Assembly: GCA_937873675.1 (NCBI GenBank)
Contig: CALMYM010000444.1
Span: 1 to 37,086, forward strand
Direction of reading: 5' to 3'
DNA from: an uncultured Alphaproteobacteria bacterium
Lineage (GTDB): Bacteria > Pseudomonadota > Alphaproteobacteria > Rhizobiales > Ancalomicrobiaceae
DNA length: 37,086 nt
Positions 8,326 through 17,810 of this stretch are shown here, one piece after another. Under the pieces are notes generated by a model that saw only the letters and a list, made by a program, of their open reading frames with translations, did no database searches and was not told the origin of the DNA. How positions within the stretch are numbered: the stretch's first letter is position 1; each line of letters begins with the position of its first letter. The translations under genes were made by a program, and so were the position numbers.

Positions 8326-9096
8326 ATGGCCTTCGCACCCGCCCCCCGCACCGCCCTGATCACCGGCGCCGCCCGTCGCATCGGCGCGGCGATCGCCCGC
8401 GACCTCGCCGCTCACGGCTGGGGCGTGGCGATCCACTACAATACGAGCCGGGACGAAGCCGAGGCGGTCGCCGCCGAGATCCGCGCCAGCGGCGGGCGCG
8501 CGGTGACGGTGAAGGCCGACCTCGCCGATCTCGGCGCCCTCCCCGGTCTCGTCGATGCGGCGGCGGCCGACCTCGGCCCGATCGGTCTGCTGATCAACAA
8601 CGCCTCGGAATTCGAGCCCGACGAGATCGGCCGCCTCGACCCGGCGCGCGTCGACCGTCATCTTCGCGTCGATCTCGCTTCGCCGTGCCTGCTCACCGAC
8701 GCGTGGCTGTCGCGCCTGCCCGACGGCGCCGAAGGTCACGTCGTCAACATCGTCGACCAGCGGGTCTGGCGCCCGAACCCCCACTTCTTTTCCTATACGC
8801 TGGCCAAATCGGCGCTGTGGACGGCGACCGTCACCATGGCCCAGACGCTGGCGCCACGCATCCGCGTCAACGCCATCGGTCCCGGCCCGAGTTTCGCCAA
8901 CACCCGCCAGACCGCCGAGGACTTCGCCCGCGAGGTCGCCGCCGTGCCGCTCCGCCGTGGCCCGGCGGCGGAGGAATTCGGCCGCACCGTGCGCTTCTTC
9001 GTCGACACCCCGTCCGTCACCGGCCAGATGATCTGCCTCGACGGCGGCCAGCATCTCGCCTGGGAGACCCCCGACACGGCCGGCGGCTCGGTCTGA
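8326..9096 (+). CDS. SDR family oxidoreductase (pteridine-reductase-like)
   Basis: 256 aa. Rossmann motif ALITGAARRIGAAIA. GAGAGAGG Shine-Dalgarno. Confidence 0.8.
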   Translation: MAFAPAPRTALITGAARRIGAAIARDLAAHGWGVAIHYNTSRDEAEAVAAEIRASGGRAVTVKADLADLGALPGLVDAAAADLGPIGLLINNASEFEPDEIGRLDPARVDRHLRVDLASPCLLTDAWLSRLPDGAEGHVVNIVDQRVWRPNPHFFSYTLAKSALWTATVTMAQTLAPRIRVNAIGPGPSFANTRQTAEDFAREVAAVPLRRGPAAEEFGRTVRFFVDTPSVTGQMICLDGGQHLAWETPDTAGGSV

Positions 9097-9187
9097 ACCC
9101 TCTTGGGCGACGGTATCGCGATGCCCCATATGAGGAGATGATCCCGAGACCCGCCGAATCGGCTCCTCCTCCGCGTTTCTCGATCCC

Positions 9188-11152
9188 ATGACCGGCCGCG
9201 ACCCAGACGACCTCGACGACGCCCTCCCCGACGATGCCGCCCCCGAGGCTGCACCGGCGGATGCGCCCGCCGTCGCGCCGCTCTCCGGCGTCGAGGTCAT
9301 CGCCGATCAGGTCAAACGCCTGCCGGGCGCGCCGGGCGTCTACCGCATGCTCGACGGCGAGGGCACCGTCCTCTATGTCGGCAAGGCGCGGAACCTGAAG
9401 AAGCGGGTGGTGAACTACACCCGCGGCCAGGGGCTCACCGCTCGGATCCTGCGCATGGTGCGCGAGACCCGAGCGATGGAGTTCGTCCAGACCCGCACCG
9501 AGACCGAGGCTCTCCTTCTGGAGGCCAACCTCATCAAGCGCCTCAGGCCGCGTTTCAACGTCCTGTTGCGCGACGACAAGAGCTTCCCCTACATCCTGGT
9601 GACCGGTGACCACGAGGCGGCGGCGCTGGTCAAGCATCGCGGTCCGCGCAAGCGCAAGGGCGCCTACTACGGCCCCTTCGCCTCGGCCCAGGCCGTCGGC
9701 CGCACCATCAATTCGCTGCAGAAGGCCTTCCTCATCCGCACCTGCTCGGACGCGGTCTACGACACCCGGACGCGGCCCTGCCTGCTCTTCCAGATCAAGC
9801 GCTGCGCCGCCCCCTGCACCGGCGAGATCTCGCTCGCCGACTATCGTACCCTGGTCGACGAGGCCGAGCGCTTCCTCGCCGGCAAGTCCAAGGCGGTGCA
9901 GGCGGAACTGGCGGAGGCGATGCACGCCGCGGCGGAGGACCTCGACTTCGAGCGCGCCGCCGTCTATCGCGACCGCCTCGCCGCCCTTTCCCACGTCCAG
10001 GCCCACCAGGGCATCAACCCGCAGGGGGTCGAGGAGGCCGACGTCTTCGCCCTCCATCAGGACGGCGGCCAGACCTGCATCCAGGTCTTCTTCTTCCGCA
10101 CCGGCCAGAACTGGGGCAACCACGCCTTCTATCCCCGCGCCGACCGCTCGATGGAGCCGGAGGAGGTGCTGGAGAGCTTCGTCGCCCAGTTCTACGAGGA
10201 CAAGCCGGTACCGCGCCTGATCCTGCTCTCGCACGAGACGCCGGAGCGCGACCTCCTCGCCGAGGCGCTCTCCGAACGCTCGGAGCACCGCATCGAGATC
10301 GCGGTGCCGAAGCGCGGCGAGAAGAAGGACCTCGTCGACCACGCCCTCCTCAACGCCCGCGAGGCGCTCGGCCGCAAGCTCGCCGAGACCTCGAGCCAAG
10401 CGAAACTGATGGAGGGCGTCGCCCGCGCCTTTGCGCTCCCCGAGACGCCGAAGCGCATCGAGGTCTACGACAACTCCCATGTCATGGGCACGCACGCCGT
10501 CGGCGGCATGATCGTCGCGGGCCCCGAGGGCTTCGTGAAGGGCCAGTACCGCAAGTTCGACATCAAGTCGGCCGAGACCACCCCGGGCGACGACTACGCC
10601 ATGATGCGCGAGGTGCTGACCCGCCGCCTGTCCCGCCTCGTCAAGGAGCACGGCACCCGCGACGCCGCCCCGCGCGACGACGCCGGCTTCGGCCCGTGGC
10701 CCGACCTCATCCTCGTCGACGGCGGCAAGGGCCAACTCGAGATCGCTCGGGCTGTCGCCGACGAGATCGGCATCGGCGACCAGATCGCCTTCGTCGGCAT
10801 CGCCAAGGGCCCCGATCGCGATGCCGGCCGCGAGAAATTCTTCTTCTTCGATCGCCCGGACATCATGCTGCCGGAGCGCGATCCGGTGCTCTATTTCGTC
10901 CAGCGCCTGCGCGACGAGGCCCACCGCTTCGCCATCGGCACCCACCGCGCCAAGCGCTCCAAGGCGATCCGCCAATCGACCCTCGACGAGATCCCCGGCA
11001 TCGGCCCGACCCGCAAGCGGGCGCTGCTCGACCACTTCGGCACCGTCAAGGCCATCGGCCGCGCCGGCATCGGCGACCTGATGGAGGTCGCCGGCATCTC
11101 CGAGGCGATGGCCGAGACCATCCGGGGATGGTTCCATCAGGGCGAGGGATGA
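9188..11152 (+). CDS. uvrC: Excinuclease ABC subunit C
   Basis: 654 aa. GIY-YIG N-domain ([28 protein letters not shown]), UVR domain, and C-terminal (HhH)2. Confidence 0.9.
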   Translation: MTGRDPDDLDDALPDDAAPEAAPADAPAVAPLSGVEVIADQVKRLPGAPGVYRMLDGEGTVLYVGKARNLKKRVVNYTRGQGLTARILRMVRETRAMEFVQTRTETEALLLEANLIKRLRPRFNVLLRDDKSFPYILVTGDHEAAALVKHRGPRKRKGAYYGPFASAQAVGRTINSLQKAFLIRTCSDAVYDTRTRPCLLFQIKRCAAPCTGEISLADYRTLVDEAERFLAGKSKAVQAELAEAMHAAAEDLDFERAAVYRDRLAALSHVQAHQGINPQGVEEADVFALHQDGGQTCIQVFFFRTGQNWGNHAFYPRADRSMEPEEVLESFVAQFYEDKPVPRLILLSHETPERDLLAEALSERSEHRIEIAVPKRGEKKDLVDHALLNAREALGRKLAETSSQAKLMEGVARAFALPETPKRIEVYDNSHVMGTHAVGGMIVAGPEGFVKGQYRKFDIKSAETTPGDDYAMMREVLTRRLSRLVKEHGTRDAAPRDDAGFGPWPDLILVDGGKGQLEIARAVADEIGIGDQIAFVGIAKGPDRDAGREKFFFFDRPDIMLPERDPVLYFVQRLRDEAHRFAIGTHRAKRSKAIRQSTLDEIPGIGPTRKRALLDHFGTVKAIGRAGIGDLMEVAGISEAMAETIRGWFHQGEG

Positions 11153-11257
11153 AGGCGCTCCGAATTTCTCGCTCCGGTCTCGCCGTTCTCGTTTGCGTCA
11201 CCCCGTTGACGCCCCCGCCCTCGCCGTGCTCTGACTGGCATGTCGACGAGGAATCCC

Positions 11258-11830
11258 ATGTCCGCACTGAGCCTGCCCAACATCCTCACCTACGGCCGCA
11301 TCCTGGCCGTTCCGGTGGTCGTCGCCTGTTTCACGCTGCCGGACATGCCGACCTTCACCTCGCGTTGGATCGCCTTCGCCTTCTATGCCGCGGCCGCCGT
11401 CACCGATTTCTTCGACGGCTACCTCGCGCGCATCTGGAAACAGCAGTCGAAACTCGGGCGCATGCTCGATCCGATCGCCGACAAGCTCCTCGTTGCCGCC
11501 TGCCTGCTCGTCCTCGTCGCCTCGGGCTCGATCGAGGGCATCTCGGTGATCGCCGCGGTGATCATCCTGTGCCGCGAGATCCTGGTCTCGGGGCTGCGCG
11601 AGTTCCTCGCCGAGCTGCGCGTCTCGGTGCCGGTCACCTGGCTCGCCAAGTGGAAGACGACGACGCAGATGGTGTGCCTCGGCTTCTTCATCACCGGACC
11701 GGCCGGCGTGCCCGTCTATCCCTGGACGATCGAGACCGGCTACATCCTCCTGTGGATTTCCGCCCTCCTCACGCTCTATACCGGATGGGACTATTTCCGG
11801 TCGGGCATCGGCCACGTGATGGACGAGTGA
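11258..11830 (+). CDS. pgsA: CDP-diacylglycerol--glycerol-3-phosphate 3-phosphatidyltransferase
   Basis: CDP-alcohol phosphotransferase motif DFFDGYLARIWKQQSKLGRMLDPIADK. The track ORF starts at 11240, but ATG 11258 has a GAGGAA Shine-Dalgarno at proper spacing. Confidence 0.85.
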   Translation: MSALSLPNILTYGRILAVPVVVACFTLPDMPTFTSRWIAFAFYAAAAVTDFFDGYLARIWKQQSKLGRMLDPIADKLLVAACLLVLVASGSIEGISVIAAVIILCREILVSGLREFLAELRVSVPVTWLAKWKTTTQMVCLGFFITGPAGVPVYPWTIETGYILLWISALLTLYTGWDYFRSGIGHVMDE

Positions 11831-11832
11831 GC

Positions 11833-12084
11833 ATGAAGATCCGCTATTTCGCCTGGGTGCGCGAGCGCATCGGCAAGGCCGAGGAGGTCGTCGACCTGCC
11901 CGCCGAGGTCGCGACCACCACCGATCTGCTGATGTGGCTGAAGTCCCGTGGCGAAGAGTACGACTGGGCGCTCGAGCGCCCCGAGGTCATCCGCGTCGCC
12001 TGCGATCAGGTCCACGCCCCGCCCGGCACCCCGCTCGCCGGCGTCGAGGAAGTCGCCCTCTTCCCCCCGATGACGGGTGGGTGA
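11833..12084 (+). CDS. moaD: Molybdopterin synthase sulfur-carrier subunit MoaD
   Basis: 83 aa ubiquitin-like protein ending in the diagnostic C-terminal Gly-Gly (...FPPMTGG). Starts 2 nt after the pgsA stop. Confidence 0.85.
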   Translation: MKIRYFAWVRERIGKAEEVVDLPAEVATTTDLLMWLKSRGEEYDWALERPEVIRVACDQVHAPPGTPLAGVEEVALFPPMTGG

Positions 12085-12090
12085 GGAGTG

Positions 12091-12134
12091 GTCGGCGCCT
12101 CCGGCGCCGACGCGGAAGTCCGGTGGACTTCCGC
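12091..12134 (+). terminator. Two adjacent perfect GC hairpins directly after moaD (possible terminator or insertion boundary)
   Basis: GTCGGCGCC tcc GGCGCCGAC (12091-12111) and GCGGAAGTCC ggt GGACTTCCGC (12112-12134). No T tract follows. Confidence 0.35.
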
Positions 12135-12306
12135 GACCGACGAACGCCCGGAGCGCGAGCGCAGGGCCGGACGAGAAGCGGTTCCGGTCGAACGCCTCCC
12201 GGAGCTGGTATTTTTGCCGACATCCGCGGGGTGAGCCCCCGAATTTAAGGCTTCCTTCAGCATATCCGACCAGTGTTTCCGGCGAAGACCGTCGGTTCGG
12301 AATCGG

Positions 12307-12639
12307 ATGCGCAACCTCCTGGTGACCACAGCCGTGATCCTCGCCTTCTCGCTGCCGCCACTCGCCGTGGTGCTGTGGCCGAAGGAGGGTGCCGCCGTCG
12401 TCGTTCTGGCCACGCCGGACGCCGCCGCGGTCGTCGGGCGGGCGGGGGGCGCGATGCTCGCGCTGTCCGATGATCGGATGTCCGCGATCACCCGCGCGGA
12501 CGACGACGCACCCGGCTTCCGGGCGCGTCTGAAAGCCGCCGGCGCCCGCGTCGTGCTCGCCGCCCCGGACGATCTCGCCTGCCTCGCCACCTCCTCCTCC
12601 CCCGTCGCTTCGCTGACCAGTCGGGAACAACAACGATGA
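12307..12639 (+). CDS. Small hypothetical protein with an N-terminal transmembrane/signal segment
   Basis: 110 aa. N-terminus [24 protein letters not shown]. Its stop overlaps the MCP start (ATGA), which suggests translational coupling. Confidence 0.5.
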   Translation: MRNLLVTTAVILAFSLPPLAVVLWPKEGAAVVVLATPDAAAVVGRAGGAMLALSDDRMSAITRADDDAPGFRARLKAAGARVVLAAPDDLACLATSSSPVASLTSREQQR

Positions 12640-14096
12640 ACGAACTCGGCCTCCCCGAACTGCGCGCCACCTTCGCGCGGGCATTCGCAGTGGTTCTCCC
12701 CGTCCTGGCGCTCGCGGCGGTCGCCGCCGCCCTGACGAGCGGCCACAATCTGTTGCCGACCGCGATCCTCGGTGTCGTCTTCGCCGGCTCCGGCCTCGCC
12801 GCGATTCTCGCGGCCGGCCCGACCATGGTCACCCGTCAGGTGACCTCGGCGGCACTGATGGGTCTCGTCGCCCTGCTGGTGCTCGCCACCGCCGGCACCG
12901 CCTGGCAGATCGACATGCACATGGCGTTCTTCGCCGCCCTCGCGGTGGTCGCCGGCTGGTGCTGCTGGATCTCGATCGTCACCGCCGCCGGCGTCGTCGC
13001 GGTGCACCATCTGGTGCTGAACTTCGCCTATCCGGCCGCCGTGTTCCCCGACGGCTCCGACTTCTCCCGCGTCGTCCTCCACGCCGTCATCCTGATCTGC
13101 CAGGCCAGCGTGCTGATGTGGCTGACCAACCGCCTCGCCTCGTCGCTCGAGGCCTCCGCCGAAGCCACCCGCACCGCCGTCGCCGCGCACGAGGAGGCGA
13201 CCCTCGCCGGCGACCGCGAGCGCGCCGCCGCCGGTGACCGCGAACAGCGCCGCATCGCCGTCGATCGCGCCATCGCCGGGTTCGAGAGCCGCATCGCCCG
13301 GGTCATCGAGGACCTCGACCGCCGCGCCGGCGAGATGGACGGCACCGCCGCGCGCCTCGTCGCCCGCTCCAGCGCCGCCGAGCAGGAGAGCCGTCAGGCC
13401 GACGGTCTGTCGCGCGATGCCGCCTCCAACGTCGAGACCGTCGCCGCCGCTGCCGAGGAACTTTCGGCTTCGATCACCGAGATCGCCCGTCAGATCGACC
13501 AGACCACCGAGGTCGCCGCCGCCGCCAATCGCGAGGCGGAGGCCGCCGATCGCGAGGTCGGCAGCCTGTCGACCGCCGTCGACAAGATCGGCGACGTGGT
13601 CAAGCTGATCCAGGACATCGCCGAACAGACCAACCTGCTCGCGCTCAACGCCACCATCGAGGCGGCGCGCGCCGGCGAACTCGGCAAGGGCTTCGCCGTC
13701 GTCGCGGCCGAAGTGAAGGGCCTCGCCACCCAGACCGGCAAGGCCACCGAAGAGATCGCCGGCCAGATCGCCGCGGTCCAGGCCTCGACCACCACCGCCG
13801 TGGACGCGATCGGCAAGATCGCCGGCCGCATGCGCGAGATCGACCAGTTCACCGGTGCGGTCGGCCGCGCCATCGACCAGCAGAACGGCGCCACCCGCGA
13901 CATCGCCACCAATGTCGATCTCGCCGCCTCCGGCGTGCGCCGGGTGGTCGAAACCCTGGGCTCGGTGGCCCAGGCGTCGACCGACACGGTCGCGGCCTCG
14001 GGTTCGGTCTCGACCGGTTCGGGCGCGCTGGGAACCGCCACCGCCTCCATCCGCAAGGAGATCGAGGGCTTCCTGCGCGAGGTCCGCGCCGCCTGA
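12636..14096 (+). CDS. Methyl-accepting chemotaxis protein with a polytopic (about 6 TM) N-terminal membrane module
   Basis: 486 aa. The C-terminal MCP signalling domain includes the highly conserved hairpin tip [37 protein letters not shown]. The N-terminal 170 aa are almost entirely hydrophobic helices. Confidence 0.85.
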   Translation: MNELGLPELRATFARAFAVVLPVLALAAVAAALTSGHNLLPTAILGVVFAGSGLAAILAAGPTMVTRQVTSAALMGLVALLVLATAGTAWQIDMHMAFFAALAVVAGWCCWISIVTAAGVVAVHHLVLNFAYPAAVFPDGSDFSRVVLHAVILICQASVLMWLTNRLASSLEASAEATRTAVAAHEEATLAGDRERAAAGDREQRRIAVDRAIAGFESRIARVIEDLDRRAGEMDGTAARLVARSSAAEQESRQADGLSRDAASNVETVAAAAEELSASITEIARQIDQTTEVAAAANREAEAADREVGSLSTAVDKIGDVVKLIQDIAEQTNLLALNATIEAARAGELGKGFAVVAAEVKGLATQTGKATEEIAGQIAAVQASTTTAVDAIGKIAGRMREIDQFTGAVGRAIDQQNGATRDIATNVDLAASGVRRVVETLGSVAQASTDTVAASGSVSTGSGALGTATASIRKEIEGFLREVRAA

Positions 14097-14240
14097 TCGC
14101 CACCGTCGGGGATTGGAACCCCGGCCTCCCGCGCCTATGCTCGCCGCCGCGCCCTCGGGTGCGGCGGTTCCGTATTCGGAACCGAGAAAAAATGCGCCCG
14201 CCCCGTCGTCGACGGGTGCGCAACGGCCGGAGACACCCGC

Positions 14241-14723
14241 ATGAGCGTCGGCGACGCGATCTCGCCCCCCCTCACCGTCCGCGTCCAGCGCGAGCCCTTC
14301 GACGTCGCCGCCGAGACCGAGCGGCTGACAGCCGGGCGTACCGACGTCGGCGCCGTCGTCACCTTCACCGGCCTGTGCCGCTCGGAGGGTGGCGAACTCG
14401 CCGCGCTGGAGCTCGAGCACTATCCCGGCATGGCCGAGGCCGAGATCATCCGCACCGCCGAGGCGGCTGTCGCCCGCTGGCCGCTCCTCGGCGTCACCGC
14501 CATCCATCGCCACGGCCGTATCGAGCCGGGCGAACCGATCGTCCTGGTGATCACCACCTCGTCGCATCGCGTCGCCGCCTTCGAGGCGGCCGAATACCTG
14601 ATGGACTTCCTCAAGACCCGTGCCCCCTTCTGGAAGAAGGAGGAGAAGATCGACGGCACCACCGGCGGCTGGGTCGACGCCCGCGATCACGACGACGCGG
14701 CGGCCGCGCGTTGGCAGAAGTGA
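14241..14723 (+). CDS. moaE: Molybdopterin synthase catalytic subunit MoaE
   Basis: 160 aa. Family motifs include GAVVTFTGLCR, HYPGMAE and APFWKKEE. GGAGAC Shine-Dalgarno. Confidence 0.85.
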   Translation: MSVGDAISPPLTVRVQREPFDVAAETERLTAGRTDVGAVVTFTGLCRSEGGELAALELEHYPGMAEAEIIRTAEAAVARWPLLGVTAIHRHGRIEPGEPIVLVITTSSHRVAAFEAAEYLMDFLKTRAPFWKKEEKIDGTTGGWVDARDHDDAAAARWQK

Positions 14724-14743
14724 GACCACGGAAGGTGCCCGCC

Positions 14744-15670
14744 ATGACGATCTCCTCCGCCATCCGCGCCGCCGCCTGCGGCGCCCTCGCCCTCCTCGCC
14801 TCCGCCGGCGCCGCCGCGGCGCTCGACACCGTGGCGGTGACCGAAGGCGTCTGGGCCCTGGTCGGCGACATCGGCCAGCGCTCGCCCGAGAACCTCGGCA
14901 ACAACGCCACCTTCGGGGTGATCGTCACGCCCGAGGGCGTCGTCCTGATCGACCCCGGCGGCAGCCGCGAGGGGGCCGCCGCCCTCGATGCGGCGATCGG
15001 CCGGATCACCGACGAGCCGGTGAAGATCGTCGTCGACACCGGCGGTCAGGGCCACCCCTGGCTCGGCAACGGCTATTGGAAGGCCAAGGGCGCCCGGATC
15101 GTCCCCTCCGCCGCTGCCGTCGCCGATCACCACGCCCGCGGCGGCATGCAGATCGAGGCGCTGAGAGAATTCCTCGGCGACCGCTTCGCCGGCACCGAAC
15201 CGGTCTTCGCCGACACCACCTTCGAGACCGAGACGACGCTGTCGCTCGGCGGCGTCGACCTCGTGCTGCGCGCCGTCGCGCCGGCCCACACCCCCGGCGA
15301 CCTCTTCGTCTGGCTCCCCGATCGCAAGGTGGCCTTCGCCGGCGACATCGTCTACGTCGACCGCCTGCTCGGCGTCGGGCCGCAATCGAACTCCGCCGGC
15401 TGGGTCACCGCCTTCGAGGCGATGGCGGCGCTGGCGCCCGCCCATGTCGTGCCCGGCCACGGTCGACCGACGACGCTCGCCGGTGCCAAGGCGGCGACGC
15501 TCGACTATCTCGTCGCCCTGCGCGGTCGTATCCGCGCCCTCCTCGACCGCGGCGGCGGCCTCGCCGAAGCGCCGAAGGTCGATCAGTCGGCCTTCGCCGG
15601 GCTGGCGCAGTTCGACGCCCTCGCCGCCCGCAACGCGTCGCAGGTCTATACCGAGATGGAAATGGAATGA
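14744..15670 (+). CDS. Secreted MBL-fold metallo-hydrolase-like protein with a degenerate HxHxDH motif
   Basis: 308 aa. Signal peptide is present. MBL-like layout: VLIDPGG..., HTPGD, VPGHG. At the position of the canonical HxHxDH motif the sequence reads DTGGQGHPW. Confidence 0.65.
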   Translation: MTISSAIRAAACGALALLASAGAAAALDTVAVTEGVWALVGDIGQRSPENLGNNATFGVIVTPEGVVLIDPGGSREGAAALDAAIGRITDEPVKIVVDTGGQGHPWLGNGYWKAKGARIVPSAAAVADHHARGGMQIEALREFLGDRFAGTEPVFADTTFETETTLSLGGVDLVLRAVAPAHTPGDLFVWLPDRKVAFAGDIVYVDRLLGVGPQSNSAGWVTAFEAMAALAPAHVVPGHGRPTTLAGAKAATLDYLVALRGRIRALLDRGGGLAEAPKVDQSAFAGLAQFDALAARNASQVYTEMEME

Positions 15671-15695
15671 CCGAGCGGGAGATCGACGCCGTGGC

Positions 15696-16055
15696 TCACC
15701 GCGGCGTCAGCTTCTCCGCGCCGATCGAGGTGCCGCCGGCGTAGGTCCACACCCCGAGCCATCCGTCGCCGTCCTTGCCGTAGACGGCGACGCCGGTGGA
15801 GTTGCCCGAGCGATAGGAGACGGCGAAGAAGTCGTCGTTGCCGACGGCGGTGCCGACGAACTTCTGTTTGCCGATCAGCCAGACGACCCGGTAGGTCTCG
15901 CCGGTCGCCTCGATCGTCGCGGTACCGCGATAGCTGTTGCCGTCCGGCCCCTTGCCCTCGACGGAGTAGTCGCCGACCGGATCGGCGAGCGCCGCCGATG
16001 CGAGGAACGCCACCGCCGCGAGCGACCCGAGAATGGTCGAACCGATGAACTTCAT
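15696..16055 (-). CDS. Small secreted hypothetical protein
   Basis: 119 aa. Signal peptide MKFIGSTILGSLAAVAFLASAALA. Lies downstream of ilvE on the same strand. Confidence 0.6.
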   Translation of the reverse strand: MKFIGSTILGSLAAVAFLASAALADPVGDYSVEGKGPDGNSYRGTATIEATGETYRVVWLIGKQKFVGTAVGNDDFFAVSYRSGNSTGVAVYGKDGDGWLGVWTYAGGTSIGAEKLTPR

Positions 16056-16117
16056 GTCGCCCCCTCCGCCAAGAATGTGCGCCGGGGCGAGCGATCACCG
16101 GTTCGGCGATCCGGTCC

Positions 16118-16990
16118 TCACTTCGGCTGCACGGCCTTCATGTAGTCCTCGAGCAGAGTGAGCGAAATCGTGCCCGGCGTGAAGCGCCAATCGGCGATTT
16201 CGGAGACCGGGGTGACTTCCGCCGCGGTACCGGTGAGGAAGCATTCGGTGAAGTGATGCAGTTCCTCCGGGCGGATGCGCCGCTCGATCACTTCGTAGCC
16301 GCGCTTCTTCGCCAGTTCGATCACCGTCTGCCGGGTGATGCCCGAGAGGAAGCGATCGGCCAGCGGCGTGACGATCTTGCCCTCGTGGACGAAGAACACG
16401 TTGGCGCCCGTGGCCTCGGCGACGTAGCCCTCCCAGTCGAGCATCATCGCGTCGGCGTAGCCCTTCTTCTCCGCCGCATGCTTGGAGATGGTGCAGATCA
16501 TGTAGAGGCCGGCGGCCTTCGACTTCGACGGCGCGGTGCGCGGATCGGGGCGGCGATACTCGGCGAGATCGAGGCGGATGCCCTTCATCCGCTCTTCCGG
16601 CTTGAAGTAGCTCGGCCACTCCCAGGCGGCGATGGCGACGTGGATGGTGTTCTGCTGCGCCGAGACGCCCATCATCTCCGAGCCGCGCCAGGCGACCGGA
16701 CGCACGTAGGCGTCGACGAAGTTCATCTTCTTCAGCAGTTCCTCGCAGGCCGCGTCGAGCTGTTCGACGGTCCACGGGATGTCGAAGCCGAGGATGCGGG
16801 CGCTCTCGTGCAGGCGCTCGTGATGGCGGCGCTGCTCGAAGACGACCCCGCCGTAGGCGCGCTGGCCCTCGAACACGCAGGAGCCGTAGTGCAGGCCGTG
16901 GGTCAACACGTGCACCTTGGCGTCGCGCCAGTCGACGAATTCGCCGTCGAACCAGATCACGCCGTCGCGGTCGTCGAAGGTCAGGGCCAT
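16118..16990 (-). CDS. ilvE: Branched-chain amino acid aminotransferase
   Basis: 290 aa. Class IV aminotransferase features: HVLTHGLHYGSCVFEG, the SKAAGLYM lysine region and FLTGTAAEVTPV. The start is at the ATG preceded by GGAGAC. Confidence 0.9.
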   Translation of the reverse strand: MALTFDDRDGVIWFDGEFVDWRDAKVHVLTHGLHYGSCVFEGQRAYGGVVFEQRRHHERLHESARILGFDIPWTVEQLDAACEELLKKMNFVDAYVRPVAWRGSEMMGVSAQQNTIHVAIAAWEWPSYFKPEERMKGIRLDLAEYRRPDPRTAPSKSKAAGLYMICTISKHAAEKKGYADAMMLDWEGYVAEATGANVFFVHEGKIVTPLADRFLSGITRQTVIELAKKRGYEVIERRIRPEELHHFTECFLTGTAAEVTPVSEIADWRFTPGTISLTLLEDYMKAVQPK

Positions 16991-17228
16991 GGGGATCGTC
17001 TCCGTTTCCTGTCGTCTCGTCGGGATCGTTCGTCCCGATGGCGCGTCCCGCCCCCGGCCGTCTCCCGTTCGCCACCGTCTTGGTCGAAACGGCCGCGTTT
17101 CGCAAGCGGGGAAGGTGATCGGCGCGCCGTCGTCGTTCCTTTTTGCGTTGCGGCGTATCCCTCGGTATTCTCGCGCCACTCGACGCGTCGGACGACCGAC
17201 GGAAAGGACGAGGGACCCGCGAGCCGTC

Positions 17229-17810
17229 ATGGCCGACCCGACCGTACGCGACAGATCCGCGCCCGCCGCCCGACGCGCCTCGACGACACCGGCCGCCGCC
17301 GCGCCCGCCGCCGGCCCGGCCGCGCCGGAGACGCCGCAGGCCGCCTTTCTCGAGATGCTCGAGCTGTTCTTCTTCGCCTACCGCGACTTCGTCTCCGATC
17401 CCGACGTGATCCTGGCGAAATACGGTTTCGGCCGCGCCCATCACCGGGTGCTGCACTTCGTCGACCGCAATCCCGGCCTGTCGGTCGCCGAGCTCCTCGA
17501 CATCCTCAAGATCACCAAGCAGAGCCTCGCCCGCGTCCTCAAGGATCTGGTCGAGAGCGGCCACATCGAGAGCCGCCCCGGCTCGGTCGATCGCCGCCAG
17601 CGACTGCTCTACACCACCCCCACCGGCCGGGCGCTCGCCCGTTCCCTGGCGCTGCCGCAGATCGGTCGTATCGCCGCCGCCTTCCAGGCGCTCGGTCCCG
17701 ACGGCGCGCGCCGCGCCCGCGACTTCCTGCGCCTGATGATCGACGCCGACGAACGGCCGCGCGTCTCCCGCTACACCAATCGACCCGAAACCCGAGGAGG
17801 CGACGCGTGA
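17229..17810 (+). CDS. MarR family transcriptional regulator (PetP-like position upstream of an OmpR-type regulator)
   Basis: 193 aa. Winged-helix region LSVAELLDILKITKQSLARVLKDLVESGHIESRPGSVDRRQRLLYTTPTG. Its stop overlaps the next start (GTGA). Confidence 0.8.
   Translation: MADPTVRDRSAPAARRASTTPAAAAPAAGPAAPETPQAAFLEMLELFFFAYRDFVSDPDVILAKYGFGRAHHRVLHFVDRNPGLSVAELLDILKITKQSLARVLKDLVESGHIESRPGSVDRRQRLLYTTPTGRALARSLALPQIGRIAAAFQALGPDGARRARDFLRLMIDADERPRVSRYTNRPETRGGDA

Noticed and set aside
12006-14729. 907-aa minus-strand ORF. Similar very long ORFs occur at 9017-11137 (-), 18514-19860 (-), 16095-17564 (-), 585-1697 (+), 30759-32147 (-) and 35046-36221 (-).
   Set aside because: They lie antisense to, or out of frame with, genes that have clear family signatures (MCP/moaE, uvrC, kinase, ilvE, rlmJ, rplY/pth, epmA). 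Their translations are Arg/Gly/Ala/Asp low-complexity. At this GC content, stop-free shadow frames are expected.
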